From Felis catus (lineage: Eukaryota), in NCBI RefSeq assembly GCF_018350175.1, contig NC_058368.1:112098001-112162000 (forward strand): a stretch of DNA of 64,000 nt, written 5' to 3'. The notes under the pieces were generated by a model. That model saw only the letters and a list, made by a program, of their open reading frames with translations. It searched no databases and was not told where the DNA came from. Positions 50,524 through 63,914 of the stretch are shown here, piece after piece. The stretch's first letter is position 1, and each line of letters starts with the position of its first letter. Made by a program: the position numbers and the translations under genes.

Positions 50524-52355
50524 ATAGATACTCTGAAGTCGACTGGTTTATAGGAAAGTTTATTTGAAATCCACGAGGGCCTATGATTGCTTGTAAATGT
50601 TTAAGATGTGTTTTTTAGTAAGTCTAAACACAAGCCAAAATGGCAAGAATGTAAACAGTCCTTAGGCCCTTTCTGCTTGCTGCTGCCTGTGGATGAGGAC
50701 AGTAAAGCAAGGGGAGGCAGAAAAGGGCCAGGGGGTGGCGAGCTGGTCTTCCGGTGCTGTGGCACTGGTGTCCTGAGGGACTTCTCAGAACTGCTCAGAG
50801 CTGGTGCATACAGACAGCCTGGGACCCCTCTTTCTCTGCTGCTTGTGGTAACACGGTTTCAAGTGTCTCCCAGAAACAAGGGCTTGAAGCCTCCATCCCC
50901 GACCTTCCAGTTCCCCTTTCCAGAGGGTCCTACACACTCCCTGTCGCACACACTCCCAGCTTTGAATTCTGGTCGGAGCCAAACAACTAGGAATAAGGTC
51001 CCCAGCTAACCGCTTTATGGGAAAATGGAGCGGAGGCAATGGGGGCCAAACCCTGGCCTGTGACTGTCCCTCACTTGGGGATGTGTGACAGTCATAGCAT
51101 CTGCAGGAGCCACTAAGTGGGGGGCCCTTGGGTTTCTGGGATGAGATTGCTTTGGGACAGAGAAGGAGGTCTGTGACCAACAACCTGACTTAGACAGAAA
51201 TCCTGTACATGATCAATGTGGTGTCACTCAGCCGGGGAACCTGTCATGAGGGGGACGTGAGACTAAGGGCTTTATTTTTCCCGGCAGTGAGGTCTCTTGA
51301 ATGTCTAGGAGGTACCTGACTTGACGGTCGCTGGGTCCTGGCAGAACAAAAACAGCATCAGCAAGTGAACCCCAGATGAGGAGGCAGTGACAAGTGGAAG
51401 ACAGAGAGTGGGCCCTCCCTGTGGAGGTGGCTTTACTCTGAGACTTGAAGCCTCGGCAGGAGCCAGTGTCCCGAGGGAGGAGGGCAGAGCATCCCCAGGG
51501 GAAGGCTCTCAAGCCAGAAAGGGCTGAGCTGACAAAGGTCTGAATGAGGGGGGTGGAGGCCTCAAAGATGGATGTGTCGGATTAGCTTGGCTGTGGTCCT
51601 GAGGAGAGGGTGGCTTTGGAGCAGGACGGAAAGAGGACCGTTCGTGTGTGCCCATCAGCATCTTGGGAGTGGACGAGCTTTGCCCACAGGACTACGTGGA
51701 ATATCCATGCAGTTTAAATGCCAGACGCTTGACTCAGAAGCTGAAAATCACGGCTCCGCGGGGGCTCATTCAATAAGAGTGAATTAATGGAGACTTTCCC
51801 ACCTCCACCCGCTTCCCTCGCCAGTCATCTCAGGGGCCTTTTCTTTTGTCCTTTTCTTGCGATTATTCACAGTTCCCCAACATAGGCCTGTTTATGTCTC
51901 CTGCAGTCCCATTGTTTCTGCTGGCCCATAATTGCTTGAGGAGAGAGTAGGCAGGAGTTCCTCCTAAAGTGCCCTCCTCCTCCCCTCCTCGGTCAGAGAA
52001 GGAACCAGAGTGGGAAGAGGAACTTGACCTTGGCACACAGCATGTACTTGACCCAACTCCGGGAAGTTGGGCGTGCTGAGCAGGAAAAACGCATGGATGG
52101 GTCAGGCAGGACAGGAGAGAGTGATATGATAGTTGTGGCAGGAGGAAGTGAGGGTGCTGCCTCCTCTGCAGACTGTTGGGTGCACCCCTGCATAGACACC
52201 TCCTTCCCTGCAAAACCTCCTGGTCCTTGAGACCCAGTCCAGTGTCAGCAACTCTGGGAAGCTTTGTCTGACTTCCTAGAACTTGTCAGAGCCTGTAGCC
52301 TTTGGATTGGTGGGTTCCTGTGGCCACGTGGTTCTCTAGGCCACATAGTCTAGAC

Positions 52356-52755
52356 CCTTGCTACTCAAAGTGTAGTCCATGGGTTGGCAGCTCTGGCATC
52401 TCTTTTTTAAAAAAAAATTTTTTTTTAACGTTTATTTATTTTTGAGACAGAGAGAGACAGAGCATGAACGGGGGAGGGGCAGAGAGAGAGAGGGAGACAC
52501 AGAATCGGAAGCAGGCTCCAGGCTCCGAGCCATCAGCCCAGAGCCTGACGCGGGCCTCAAACTCACGGACCGTGAGATCGTGACCTGAGTCGAAGTTGGA
52601 CGCTTAACCGACTGAGCCACCCAGGTGCCCCTCTGGCATCCTTGAAGTTGTAGGAAGTACAGATCGCCCGGGCTTTCCCTAAACCTTCTGAATCAGGACC
52701 TGCATTTCAATAAGATCCCAGGGTGATTCCTTTGCTCATTAGACTTGGAGAAGCT
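52356..52755. mobile_element. MER5-like hAT MITE split by a Can-SINE
   Basis: ccttgctactcaaagtgtagtcc...ctgaatcaggacctgcatttcaataagatccc...ggagaagc; flanks gtctagac / cattagac. Confidence 0.85.
52401..52630 (-). mobile_element. Can-SINE (SINEC_Fc)
   Basis: TSD ctctggcatc (52391 / 52631). Confidence 0.97.
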
Positions 52756-53209
52756 CATTAGACCATCAGCAGCTGCTGCCCTTGCCGCTCTGCTTCTTCC
52801 AGGGGTCGGACTCTGTTCTCCTACGTGACCTCTAGGGGTAGTGCCCTAGACACCCTCTTGAAGCCAAGCTGAGAAGGATAATGGCCATCTAGGCACAGAC
52901 TTAGTGCATGTTGGATCTGACTTCTTTGGGGGAGGTTATGGGTGAGCCAGAGCAGCAGAGGGCGGTGAGCGGGGGGAGAGCATATATGAGCGGTTCATCC
53001 AAGATCTCAAAAGCCTTGGAGAAGACTGTGGATCTCTCTGGGAATGTTCATTGTCCGAGATATTTTTCACTTAGGGAGCCCTGAACATAGATACTTATGA
53101 AATCAAGGCCACAACTTGGAGACATTACAAGATCAAGAGTGCAGTGACCAGTCTTCCTTAACACAATGTCCTAGGGATCCCAGAGGGCTGTTTGCTTCTT
53201 CACTTCTCT

Positions 53210-53460
53210 CTTTTTTTTTTTAATGTTTATTTATTTTTTGAGAGAGAGAGAGAGACAGAGAGAGAGACAGAGAGAGAGACAGAGAGAGACAGAGCACGAG
53301 CAGGGGAGGAGCCGAGAGAGAGGGAGACACAGAATGCGAAGCAGACTCCAGGCTCTGAGTTGTCAGCGCAGAGCCCGACGCGGGGCTCGAACTCACAACT
53401 GTGAGATCATGATCTGAGCCGAAGCTGGACGCTCAACCGACTGAGCCACCCAGGCACCCC
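53210..53460 (-). mobile_element. Can-SINE
   Basis: TSD cttcacttctct (53198 / 53460); compound GA/GACA repeat. Confidence 0.96.
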
Positions 53461-54173
53461 TTCACTTCTCTTTCTTAAAGCCTGACTTACAAAGGGCAAA
53501 GGTTGAAGAGACCAAAATTGTGTCCAGCACCAAGATATCTCAAGGACCGCTCTTCTCCTCTCCCCTTTCCATCACCATACTCCAAACTCTCTCAGTTATA
53601 GGATGGAGGGACTTTGCTCAGCACCCAGGAGGTGAGAGCTGCAGGAGAGCAATTGAGGGTGACACTTCCTTCACATGGGGAGGAAGGAGCCTTCCAGACA
53701 GAAAGTGACTTCTCAGGAACTAACTGGGATCATAGGGAGACTGCTGTGTCTGCAAACGATGACCCTGAAGTAAAGTGGGGTTACATACAGCTGGAGTGGA
53801 GCTGGCAAACTCTCAAAGTCACTGATTATTAAGCACCTACTGTTAGCCTGGCCTTGGCCAGGTGCTGGGGAAATGAGACAAGACTGCCAGGTCAATGTCC
53901 GACTCACAGAAGTTGCTTTATAAGCGTGGTTTGCTTAGACTTTAACAGAACTGAAAACACTCAGGCAGCCCCTACCCATGGGTTGAGCTGATGATCTTGT
54001 TGGGGTGGTGGAAGGTCACAGTCTTTCTCCTGCTGGCAGTCTTTCCTGATTACTCTGGCCCTGTCTCCTGATGAAGAGTTTTATTGCTCAGATTATGCAT
54101 AGAAAATGCCCTGCATGTGTTCGTCTGCTTCCTACCATCCTCTCTGAGCCCATCTCCTAGTGTTCCTCAACCC

Positions 54174-55018
54174 CATGCCGGTTTTCAGTTTATTGCCATT
54201 CAGCTCCAAAGTCACTGTATCTGCCTGCTCTGTGATAATGGAGATGGGCTTTGTAAATATTTTTCCATGCCAGCTGACATGATTCTAAGCCTCGTCAAGA
54301 GAGGACATTGAGGGATACTGGAGAAAGGAGTTTCCTCTTTCTGGTTTCCATGAGCCGCATTCACCAGACTCCTGCCGATCATGCTTTGTCTAGTGCTCAG
54401 GTCCTGAGAGCATATGGTTTCTGCTGTGTCAGGCTCCTTTAGGGGACACCTTTCTCTAGTGTCTGGCTCCTGCTGATGTGGTGTCTTGATCTCCTGCAGT
54501 ACCCAGTGGCTAGCAGCTTCTCCCAGCACCTTCTCTGGAAGTTTCCCAGTGGAATGCCACCAGCCAGGGAATCTCCTTGTGAATGGCCTCCTCCAGCACT
54601 CTCTCAGGTGGCTTTATAGAGAATACTGGACTATGGCACTTCCCTGTGGACACCTTCTCCTAACCTCCCAGAGGGCAAATTCCTGGCAAGTCCCAGTGGT
54701 GGGGCATCTACTGGCTTTTGTGACCTCCAGTGCGCCATGGCTCTGCCCTCTCTGAGGTCTGAATCCCAGTCCTTGATCAGGCAGGAGGCTCTCCCTTGGT
54801 CACTAGGACACTATCTCCATTCTACGGGTAGAGGCTGCTCCTATATACCTAATATTCTTGGATTCTTTAGACTTCTTTTTAACGCTTATTACCCAGGTCC
54901 CCATTAATCTCCTATTAATCTAATCCAATATTCTATTAATAATTCTTTATATTGATTTTTTTTCCATTTGCATTGCTGTGCAGTATCTATGTCCTATGGC
55001 AGAACGTTGAACAATACA
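54174..55018 (+). mobile_element. ERVL-class LTR (LTR33/40/41-like), upstream copy
   Basis: tcagctccaaa...tgccagctg...ending aataca; alignable by eye to the LTR at 57420. Confidence 0.7.
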
Positions 55019-55684
55019 CTTGGTTGTCCACTAGTGTGAACTGAGAGATGGCTAGAAGTATGGATCTACATAGATTTATAGGTACTTACTAATGGTGTTT
55101 GGCTGGATAGTCAGGAACTTGGAACGAACATGATTGGAAGATTACTGACAAGGAAGTCTGGAGAAAGAGGTATTCGTTGGACCTCCCTAAGAATAGGCAC
55201 AAACTGTGAAGATATTTGTGTCTCATATGAATGCTCAAAGGGTTTCTGCTGTAGAGAAGAAGGTTAATCAGCAGGTGAACAAAATTATATAGTCTGTAGA
55301 CATCAGTCAGCCTCTTTACCCAGCCACTCCAGGGCTCGCTCAGTGGGCCCATGAACAAAGGAGCCATGGTGGCAGGCATGGAGGCTATTCAGGGGCTTAG
55401 CAGTACAGGTGCTTATACTGCTGTTAGGTGCCTAGTGAGCCTACAGCAGAAACCAAGACTGAGCCCTTGATATAACATCATTCCCTGGGGTAACCATGCA
55501 GCCACCTAGTGGCATGTTGATTACATTGGACTTCTTTTGTCATGAAGGAGGCAGATATTTGTCATCATTGGAATAGACATATATTCTACGTATGGATTTG
55601 CACATAGTGTGTCTGTAGCACCACCGTCCATGATTCACAGAATGCCTTATCTACCACCATGGCATTCTCCATAGCATTGCTTCT

Positions 55685-55721
55685 TTTTTTTCTTTTTAAT
55701 TTTTTTAAATGTTTATTTGGT

Positions 55722-55768
<47 letters not shown>

Positions 55769-55934
55769 ATGACAGGGGAGGGGCAGAGAGAGAGGGGGAG
55801 ACACAGAGCTGGAAGCAGGCTCCAGGCTCCATGCTGTCAGCACAAAGCCTGACGTGGGGCTTGAGCCCACGAAATGTTGAGATCATGACCTGAGCCAGTC
55901 AGACGCTCAACCCAATGAGCCACCCAGGCACCCC
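55685..55934 (-). mobile_element. Can-SINE inserted in ERVL integrase
   Basis: 17-bp TSD tccatagcattgcttct (55668 / 55936). Confidence 0.97.
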
Positions 55935-56813
55935 ATCCATAGCATTGCTTCTGAACAGCAGCCCATTTCTTAGCAAAGAAGTGTAGCTGTGGGCTGATGC
56001 CCATTCCATGGAATTAAGGGGTCTTAACCACATTGACTGGATGTGGCTGGGTTCACTAGAAGGTGCAGTGACTTACTGGAGACTCCGTTGTAGTGCCTTT
56101 TGCGAAACAACATCCTGAAAGGATGGGGTTCTGTCTTACATGATACAGTATATGCTTTGAGTCACAAACCACAATGTGGTGCTGTCTCCACAACAGTCAG
56201 AATACATGGGGCCAGGAATCAAAGGGTAGAAATGGGAGTTGCATCTCTCACTCTTATGCCCAGTGATCCACACCCAGAATTTTTGCTTCCTGTTCAGGTG
56301 TCCATGAGCTCTGCTGGTTTGTAGGTTTTAGTCCCCAAGTGGAGAATGCTTCACATGGGCTACAGATGTGATTCCATGAAGTGGAAAGATGAGACCTTGC
56401 TGGTCTGGGCTCCTTATGCCACTGAATCGACAAAAGGGAGTTGGCCTTCTGGCCAGAGTGATTGATCCTGATTACCCAGGATAACTGGGCTGCAGCTGCA
56501 CAATGGAAGAAAGGAAGAGTATTTCTGGAACCCAAGGGATTCTCTGGGGCTCCTTGCTGTATTGCCATGCCCAGTGGCAGAGGTTAATGGAAAACCTCAG
56601 CAACTAAAAACAGGCAAGGTGTCTAAGGACTCTTCAGGAATTGAGGGTTGAGACCCTCCGCCAAGTAAAACACCCAGGCAGCTGAGGTCCTGAGTGAGAG
56701 TGGGAGAAGCACAGAATGGTTGGTGGAGGAAGAAAGCCATAGAGGGCAATTCTGGCCTCAAGACCAGTTATACTCATAGAACTCTTATTAGCTTTGCATA
56801 TTTTCGCTTGTCT

Positions 56814-56817
<4 letters not shown>

Positions 56818-56861
<44 letters not shown>
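56818..56861. repeat. (TG)n microsatellite
   Basis: About 22 TG units. Confidence 0.95.
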
Positions 56862-56864
<3 letters not shown>

Positions 56865-56908
56865 TTGTATATGCTAACTAATTTCTTCTCTTTCCATTTG
56901 TATTTTCT

Positions 56909-57118
56909 TTTTTTTTTAATGTTTATTTATTTTTGAGACAGAGAGAGACAGAGCATGAACGGGGGAGGGTCAGAGAGAGGGAGACACAGAATCTGAAACA
57001 GGCTCCAGGCTCTGAGCTGTCAGCACAGAGCCCGACGCGGGGCTTGAACTCACGGACCCCGAGATCATGACCTGAGCCGAAGTCGGCCGCTTAACCGACT
57101 GAGCCACCCAGGCGCCCC
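56909..57118 (-). mobile_element. Can-SINE (SINEC_Fc)
   Basis: 16-bp TSD tccatttgtattttct (56893 / 57119). Confidence 0.97.
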
Positions 57119-57419
57119 TCCATTTGTATTTTCTATACAAGATGTTGAAGGTTAACTTTACAGTGTAGTCTTTAGGTGACAGATTATTCATTGGGTCGGT
57201 GATGGATTTGAGGAGTAAATATAGCTATGGTGCTAGAGCCACTGGCCATTAGGACTGCGGGTCTCTTCCTTTTGGGGTAGCGTGAAAAACTCCTCACTTG
57301 GAAGGAAGACAGCTGTATCATATTAGATGGAAGGAAGACAGCATTGTTTCATTGTTACGTAGAAGTTCAAGTGTGAGTAGAAGTGCCCAGGTGGAAACTG
57401 AGCAGCCGAAGGAGTGGAC

Positions 57420-57840
57420 TGTGCTAGTTCATTCAATTTGTTGCTTCTCAGCTCCAAATCTCCCCCTCTTCTCGGGCTCTGTCAGAATGGAGGGTGGGCA
57501 TGGGCTTTGCACAATTGGTTCTTCTTCGCCGGCTGGCACATTGTTACATCTGACCAGGAGAGAGCCCTGAGGGGACGTGAAGAAGGAAGAGACCTCCTCT
57601 TCCCGGTTTTAGTGTATCTCACGTGCCAAGCTCTTGGAAGGTACACTCTCTCCAGCACTCAGCCCCTGCAGAGGTCGGTCTTGAGCTGCCACTTCCTGTA
57701 AGTGTGCTGCAGCCAGAAGCGCCGAGTGGCCAGCATCTTCTTCTGGCATCTTCTCTGGAAGCATCTGGAGTAGCGGAAATGCTGCCAGCAAGGCATCTAT
57801 ATGTGGGCAGTCTCTGTGACAGCCTCCTGGGTAACTCTGG
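57420..57840 (+). mobile_element. ERVL 3' LTR (partial)
   Basis: Starts tgtgct immediately after the polypurine tract; shares tcagctccaaa, atgggctttg and cttctctggaag blocks with the 54174 LTR. Confidence 0.75.
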
Positions 57841-58124
57841 GGACGGTTCCAAGGTATGCCACTTCTGTCCGGATGGGACCCATGAGCACATAAATTGAAT
57901 AAATCCGAGGGGAAGGCAGGGTATAAAGTCCCACTGTTATGAGTGAAATGGAATTGTTTTAGGGATGAAGAGTGAATGCCAGTGTGGGAGCTGATGAGTA
58001 CGTCGGCGGAAAGCTATCCTCCCTGCATCGCATGTTGGGCCTGAGGTTGCTGTAGGTCACAGAACTGGTGGGCAGGGAGAAAGCTGGACCTGAAGTGGAG
58101 AAAGCAAGGACAGATGAACCTGTG

Positions 58125-58380
58125 TGTGATGGTTAATTTTATATGTCAACTTGGTGATGCTACGGTAGCCAGTTATTTAATTACACACTGATCTGGATGT
58201 GGTTAGCATCTATGATCAGTTGACTTTAAGTAAAAGAGATTACCCTTAATAACGGTGGGCCTCATCCAATCAGTTGAAGGCCACGGGAGCAACAATGGAG
58301 GTTTCCCTGAGAAGAAGAAATTGTGCCTCAAGACTGCAACATTCAGTTCTGATTTCCAGTTCCCCGACACAGACTGTGGG
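58125..58380 (+). mobile_element. MLT2 (ERVL) LTR fragment
   Basis: tgtgatggttaattttatatgtcaacttgg...gtgggcctcatccaatcagttgaaggcc. Confidence 0.9.
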
Positions 58381-60069
58381 AGCTCAGCCCACCCCACTCC
58401 TGTGCGTATTCCTAGCAGCTCTGAACACAAGGCTTGGCCCAGAGTGGATGCTCGATAAATATTTCCTGTCTGGAAACGACAACCATCTGTCGGAGTCGGT
58501 GTGAACAGAGCTCTGCCTTGGGGCAGGGGCGGAAGCTGAGGGACTGAGGAGGGCCTTTCCTGTCCTTAGATCCTATGACAGGGAGCGGGAAGCTCTCCAG
58601 ATTGGGAAGAGGTTGTTGGGAGACAAAGTGGGAAGGCAATCTGAGATCTATAAAGTAAAAATGAAAATTTAGGAGGGGTGCTGGAAGAGAAGCAACTTCA
58701 GGGAGAGATTTGAAACTTCAGCTTTGCTGGAGTGCTCGCTGCAGGTGAGGGTTTATGTTGGCTGTTCTGAAGGGTCAGGCTCTTTCTTAGAGCTTCATGT
58801 ATATGAATCCCTAGCACCCTCCCAGCCACCCCACGAGGCAAGTTCTGTGTGATCCTCGACTCACAGATAAGGAAAGGGAGGGACAAACAGGCTAAGTAGC
58901 TGGAGAAGTATTCACTTTGCCCCTCGCTTGGCCCTTCGGGTGCTGCTTCTCCAGGGACGCCCCCTCAGGCAAGGGAAATGGCCCCTCTGTCTATCACGTC
59001 TGATTCCAGTACAGGCCTCTGCTTGTAGTTTCTGGAGTTGGCCAAGAAAATCCCAAAGGCTGAGTGAGTCTCCTATCCTCTCCGGGACCCCTGGTATGCT
59101 CTACCTCGGCCCTGGTGGTCTTGAGCGCGGGGACAGATTTCTGTGCAAATCTTTTCACTCAGAGCGGCAGGGCTGGCTTTGTGGCCACATGTGCAATTCA
59201 TAACGTTTGCATTTTCCACGGGACTTGATTTCCAGAGCATTTTGGCCTGAGCACGATGAGCTTTCAAGAATTTCAGCCGAGAAATGCTGTCCACAGATTG
59301 CTCAGCTACGTACGTCCTTCCCACGGCTGTGAAGTTTGGCACGGGTGTTCTGTTACTGCTCCGGGATCGGATTTGGAGTTACATTTTATTAATATTCTTT
59401 TCTGCAAGGATTTGGAGGGGGGAGGGGATCTGGACCAACACTGGTTTCTCCAGGTTCATCGTTATTCCCTGCTGACACCTACATTTGGCCTCTTTCTGTC
59501 CATTTCTGACCCTGTTTGCCATGTTCACTCATGTTTTCTGTATCCTGAGGGTCGGTCCTTGTGTGGCGCGTGGAAATAAGAGTGTGATTATGTTTATATA
59601 GTCTATAAATTTGAGAACTTACTATAAGTTTAAAATCACCACATGAGTTGGATTTAAGAACTAGGTTTACATTCCTTTTTTTTTTTTTTTTTTTTCTAAA
59701 TCAAAATAATCTTGACTTCAAGGCCAGAGCCTGGTAGTTGTAGGATTTGATTTCGGTCCCCATGGGGCTCCTACCCTGGGCTGTGTGCTCTCAAGCCACT
59801 TTGGCCGGTATCCACAGGGAATGTGTGCTGCTCCACAGCCTTCAATGGCCATCTTGTCCAAGCACATGAGGCCCGGCGTGGGCAGGGTCACGACTTCCGT
59901 GCCCAGGTTGAGCATCCGATTTTTGCCGAGGCTGAGATGCCTGGGTCCTGGGTCCTGCCTCTCCATGTAGCTCTTTCTCCTGCAGGTCGGCTGTCTTCCT
60001 GCCATGCCCCCAGGACACTGGATCTTGACAGTCATGGAACCTCTGGCCCACTGTCTTACTCAACACCTC

Positions 60070-60509
60070 TGTTGTGGGTTTTATTATGTTCTTCCAAAAT
60101 AAATATGCTGGAATCCAGTACCTCAGAAAATGACCTTTTTGGGAAATAGGGTCATTGCAGATGTACTTAGTTAAGATGAGGTTATCCTGCAGTGGGGGGA
60201 GGGCACTAATCCTGACTTCCCTACAAGATGAAAATAGAGACATGGAGACACGCAGGTGGAAAGCCATGCACCGACAAAGACAGAAATTGGAATTATGCAG
60301 CCAAGAGCCAGGTGTCTCCCATTTCCAATAGGCCATCAGCATTGAGGAAGAGGCAAAGAATCATTTCCCTACAGAGGTCAGGGGAAGCATGGTCCTGCTG
60401 ACACCTTGACTGGAGACTTCTGGCCTCCACAACAGTGAGGCAATGCATCTCTGTTTTCAGTCACCCAGTTTGTGGCACTTTGTTGCAGCAGCCTTAGGAA
60501 AGTAATTCA
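60070..60509 (+). mobile_element. MaLR solo LTR (MLT1C-like)
   Basis: tgttgtgggtt...ggaaatagggtcattgcagatgt...ttaagatgagg...cagccttaggaaagtaattca; flanks acctc / ccctc. Confidence 0.9.
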
Positions 60510-62689
60510 CCCTCCCCCCATCTCAGGAGCGGCCACTTTCCTGTCCATCAAACATGTGTCCACACCCCACCCTCCAGGAGAGTCTAGCATAGCCCCTCCT
60601 CACTGGGCATTTGCACTCATGGTGGTGGCGGATGCCCTTTTCCGAGGGTGAGTGTTGCAGAGGTGGTGCGGAGACCGGCCACTTTCTTCTGTCACCAATC
60701 CTGTTATTTTTCGTCTCTCGCTCTTCAGTTCTAAGCCTAGGTGCATTGCATGCTCAGGCGACCACGCTAGTTGGTTTGGAGCCAACATCCAAATGTATGG
60801 ATTTTCCTTTCCATTTGCTCTTAGACCACAGAGACCAAGCTGAGACCCAGGCTTGATCAGATCTAATGCTGATGAAGCAGGGGTCCCTGTGGGGAATGTC
60901 AGACTTGTGAGAGTCCGTGTTTGTGGAATGCAGACTCTTCCACAGTGTTATGGCACATGGCAGCCATCACTGGGCATGAGCTATGGGATAAGGAAAACCA
61001 CAAGTCAGCTTCCTTGTCCTTTGAGTGTGCAGAGAACAGTGTTGGGATGTGATTTCCCCTAGTCTTGGGCTCCATGGATGCTATGTGTGTAGCTCTGAGT
61101 TTTTGTCTTTCTCCCCTTGGTGCTCTTTCCAGAAAGTCTCAGCCTTGAATTTCTCATCCAAAACCTCTCATTTACCTTTGGCATTAGGGCTCTCTGCCTG
61201 GCTGCCCCTTGTGGCCTTTAGCCACTTGGCTCTCACCCAGACCTTGGAGAGGGACGGCTTTCAGACTGCCCTTGGCCTGTATGGACTTAGCCTTAGGCTG
61301 CATGTCTAGTCCTGCTCCGTGAACTAGGGTGAATGTGGGGAGGCCAGTTCTGGTCCAAGAGTGAAGCTACAATAAGAGAAACAGGACTGAGCCTCAGCTT
61401 TGAGGTGCAGTCTTAGACTGCTTGTCTTCCCAGAGCTGTTCCTTGAGTAGATACTATGTCCTAGGGCACAAGTGCTGGGAAGAGTGGAACCGATGGGACC
61501 CCCTGACCTCCCTCATTCACACTGAAATGGATTGCAACAAGAGAATAAGCAGGAAGACGAGGCAGGAGGTCCTGTGCTGGAAGGATTCGAAACAATGGGA
61601 GGTGGAGTGCTCTGGGTCAAGACAAGTGGGTCAAGAGAGAGGCTACACAGTGCCTAGTGCTGCTGGCATGTTGTCACGGACCACTGGCATCATGCCACTG
61701 GGGTGGGCGGTGGCAGATCTCATTGGGAGCATATCAGTCTTCTGGATATTTCCAGTGAAGTGGCTGGAATTAATACAGTCTTCAGCTGAATAGCATTCTC
61801 CAGTGAGATGAGATCTGAGGAAAAAGGAGACATACAAATAGAAAGAGAAGGGTTGGAGAGAAGGAAGGCTGATCCTGGCCTCCTGGCTGCCATTCCACAA
61901 GGATCACAGTTCCCAGGCATGGCGGAGCTGGGCCACTCCCTGGGTCGCTGGGCAGTGACCACCCACACCGAGGTCTGTCTTTTCAGTTGCCACCCAGGGT
62001 GAGAGCCACGTAGCGGCTTCCTGGGGCCGCATGTGTGGGCTTCTGTGATGAGATGTGTGCGACAATCTGGGTGCTGGCTTCTGGCAGTGGTCAGCCCGGG
62101 GAACATCCGTCACAGACTGATGTGCAAAGTGACTGGAGGTGGCAGTCCCCAGTGGGCTCTTGATCTTCATTTTACAAGTTCCCTGCAGCCCAGCAGGTCC
62201 CATCAGGCTGTGCATGAAGAGCTGCTGGCCGTGAGTCTGGTCTGGACTCTCTAGAGGGGTGTCAACAATGTGTTGCTGGCCTGCTTCTGCCACCGGCGGC
62301 CAGCAGCCAGCTGGAGGGGTGCATTAGCCTGATGAACCAACCATTAGGGAAACCCTCTCTTCATCTGAGAACTTTCCAGCCTGTTCCAGAAATGCCTAGT
62401 TGAAATGACCCGAGCCCAACCATTGGCTTCAATACGAAGTATGCGACTATGTGGTACACACACACATCTCTCCCTCCCTCCCTCGGGCTGTTTCCATTCA
62501 AGGCAAGTTGGAATGGCACCATCCCAGCCTTAAATCCCACAAGTGACATAGCCTTGTTGTAAAAAAGCAAATGGCACCTAAGCCCATCGGGGTTCAAAGT
62601 GCTGCCTTCCTTTCCTTCCATGCCCACCTGTTCTTCTCCGGGAGTAAGCACAGTCAGCACATGGTGTGTGTCTTCCCAGAGCTATTTCT

Positions 62690-63270
62690 ATGGGCGCAAG
62701 ACGTATATTAATAGAGAAACAGTAATGAGTCATACTATACACATGGTCTCACAACTGCACCTTGCTTTTGTCACTCAGAACCAATCCTGAATATCATATC
62801 AGCAAATATGGAGGCCTGCCCCACTCTCCCTGACGGCTGTGTACAACAGCACAGACACGCCACAGCGGAGTCAAATCGTGCCCTAGTGATGAACGTTTCA
62901 TTTCTGTCTACGTTTTTAGCCTTATAGGTTGCAGTGAGCATTCTCTGGGACGGGTGCCTGAGCAAATGGTCAAGTGCCTTTGTATTTTTGACAGGTGGTA
63001 TGCCCTCCCAGAAGATCATACCCACCACCATACTCCTTCCACTTACAGCGTATACATATCCATCTGGCCCATCCCACCCTGCCGTGGCAAAGGTATTGTC
63101 AGGCCTTTCCATCGTTGTCATTCTTCAAGGGGAAAAAACATCATCTTGTGCTTACCTACAGGTGCATGTCTGGATTCACTAGGAATGGAGAGCGGCCATC
63201 CCTTCTGATGTTTACGTGCCACCTGCAGCTCATGAAATCAGGTTTCCAGCAGCCCCCTGGCCACCACGTC
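62690..63270 (-). mobile_element. Old L1 (L1ME-like) 3' region
   Basis: Reverse-L1ME layout (tttttgacag...tgccctcccagaag...ggtattgtc...gaaaaaacatcatctt). Confidence 0.55.
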
Positions 63271-63914
63271 AGCTCCCCTCTGGGGAGGCACCACCAAGGG
63301 CTTCGCTGGAGAAGGTGAGCAGTATTTGTTTGTTTAACGTAAAGCCTCTGTGCAGAAGCAGTTGCTATGGCCCCCAGAGGGCTTGCAGCTCATGTTGGAA
63401 GAAAGAAGAAAGCTTCTGTATGACACCAGACTCTCTCTGTTCTGGTAACTGTTAATCGTCATTCTGTGTCTGCGATACTGCAGCTCCAGCCAGCCCGCCT
63501 GCGTCCAACAAGGGGTTGTTCATGGACCTACGTGGTCCTGGGGCAGTGTGATGCGGCCAGTGGGAAGGACCCTTGGCTGGGGGCCAGCAGACACAAGTTT
63601 ACATTCCAGCCCTCCCTGTGGAGGGCATGGGTGCCATATTCCCCTCGCTTCCCTCATCTTTGCTGTCCTGCGTCTTTGGACCTGCCTCATCTGGTCCTGA
63701 GGCCTCATGGCACTGATTTTACCAGCTGTTTCCCCAGCCCATGCAACCACTCTGCTCCTCTGCCCGTGAAGGGTCTTTGCCTGGATGTCCCCCAGGTCCC
63801 TCTCTATACATTTAGTTCCTCCCAGTAACACCCACTGGGGGCAGCTTCAGTGTATCCATGCCCCCCCCCCCCACCAACCAGCTTCCAAATTGTGCTACTT
63901 ACAATTACTCAAAT

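Larger units (their letters stand above)
55019..57419 (+). pseudogene. ERVL internal region: decayed pol (RNase H C-terminus, integrase) plus dUTPase
   Basis: Translated remnants WLEVWIYID, LAG*SGTWNEHDWKITDKEVW, VKIFVSHMNA, AQWAHEQRSHGG, AT*WHVDYIG, FVIIGIDIYS, GWGSVLHDTVYAL...RIHGARNQ, VIDPDY; polypurine tract gaaggagtggac at 57408-57419. Confidence 0.9.
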
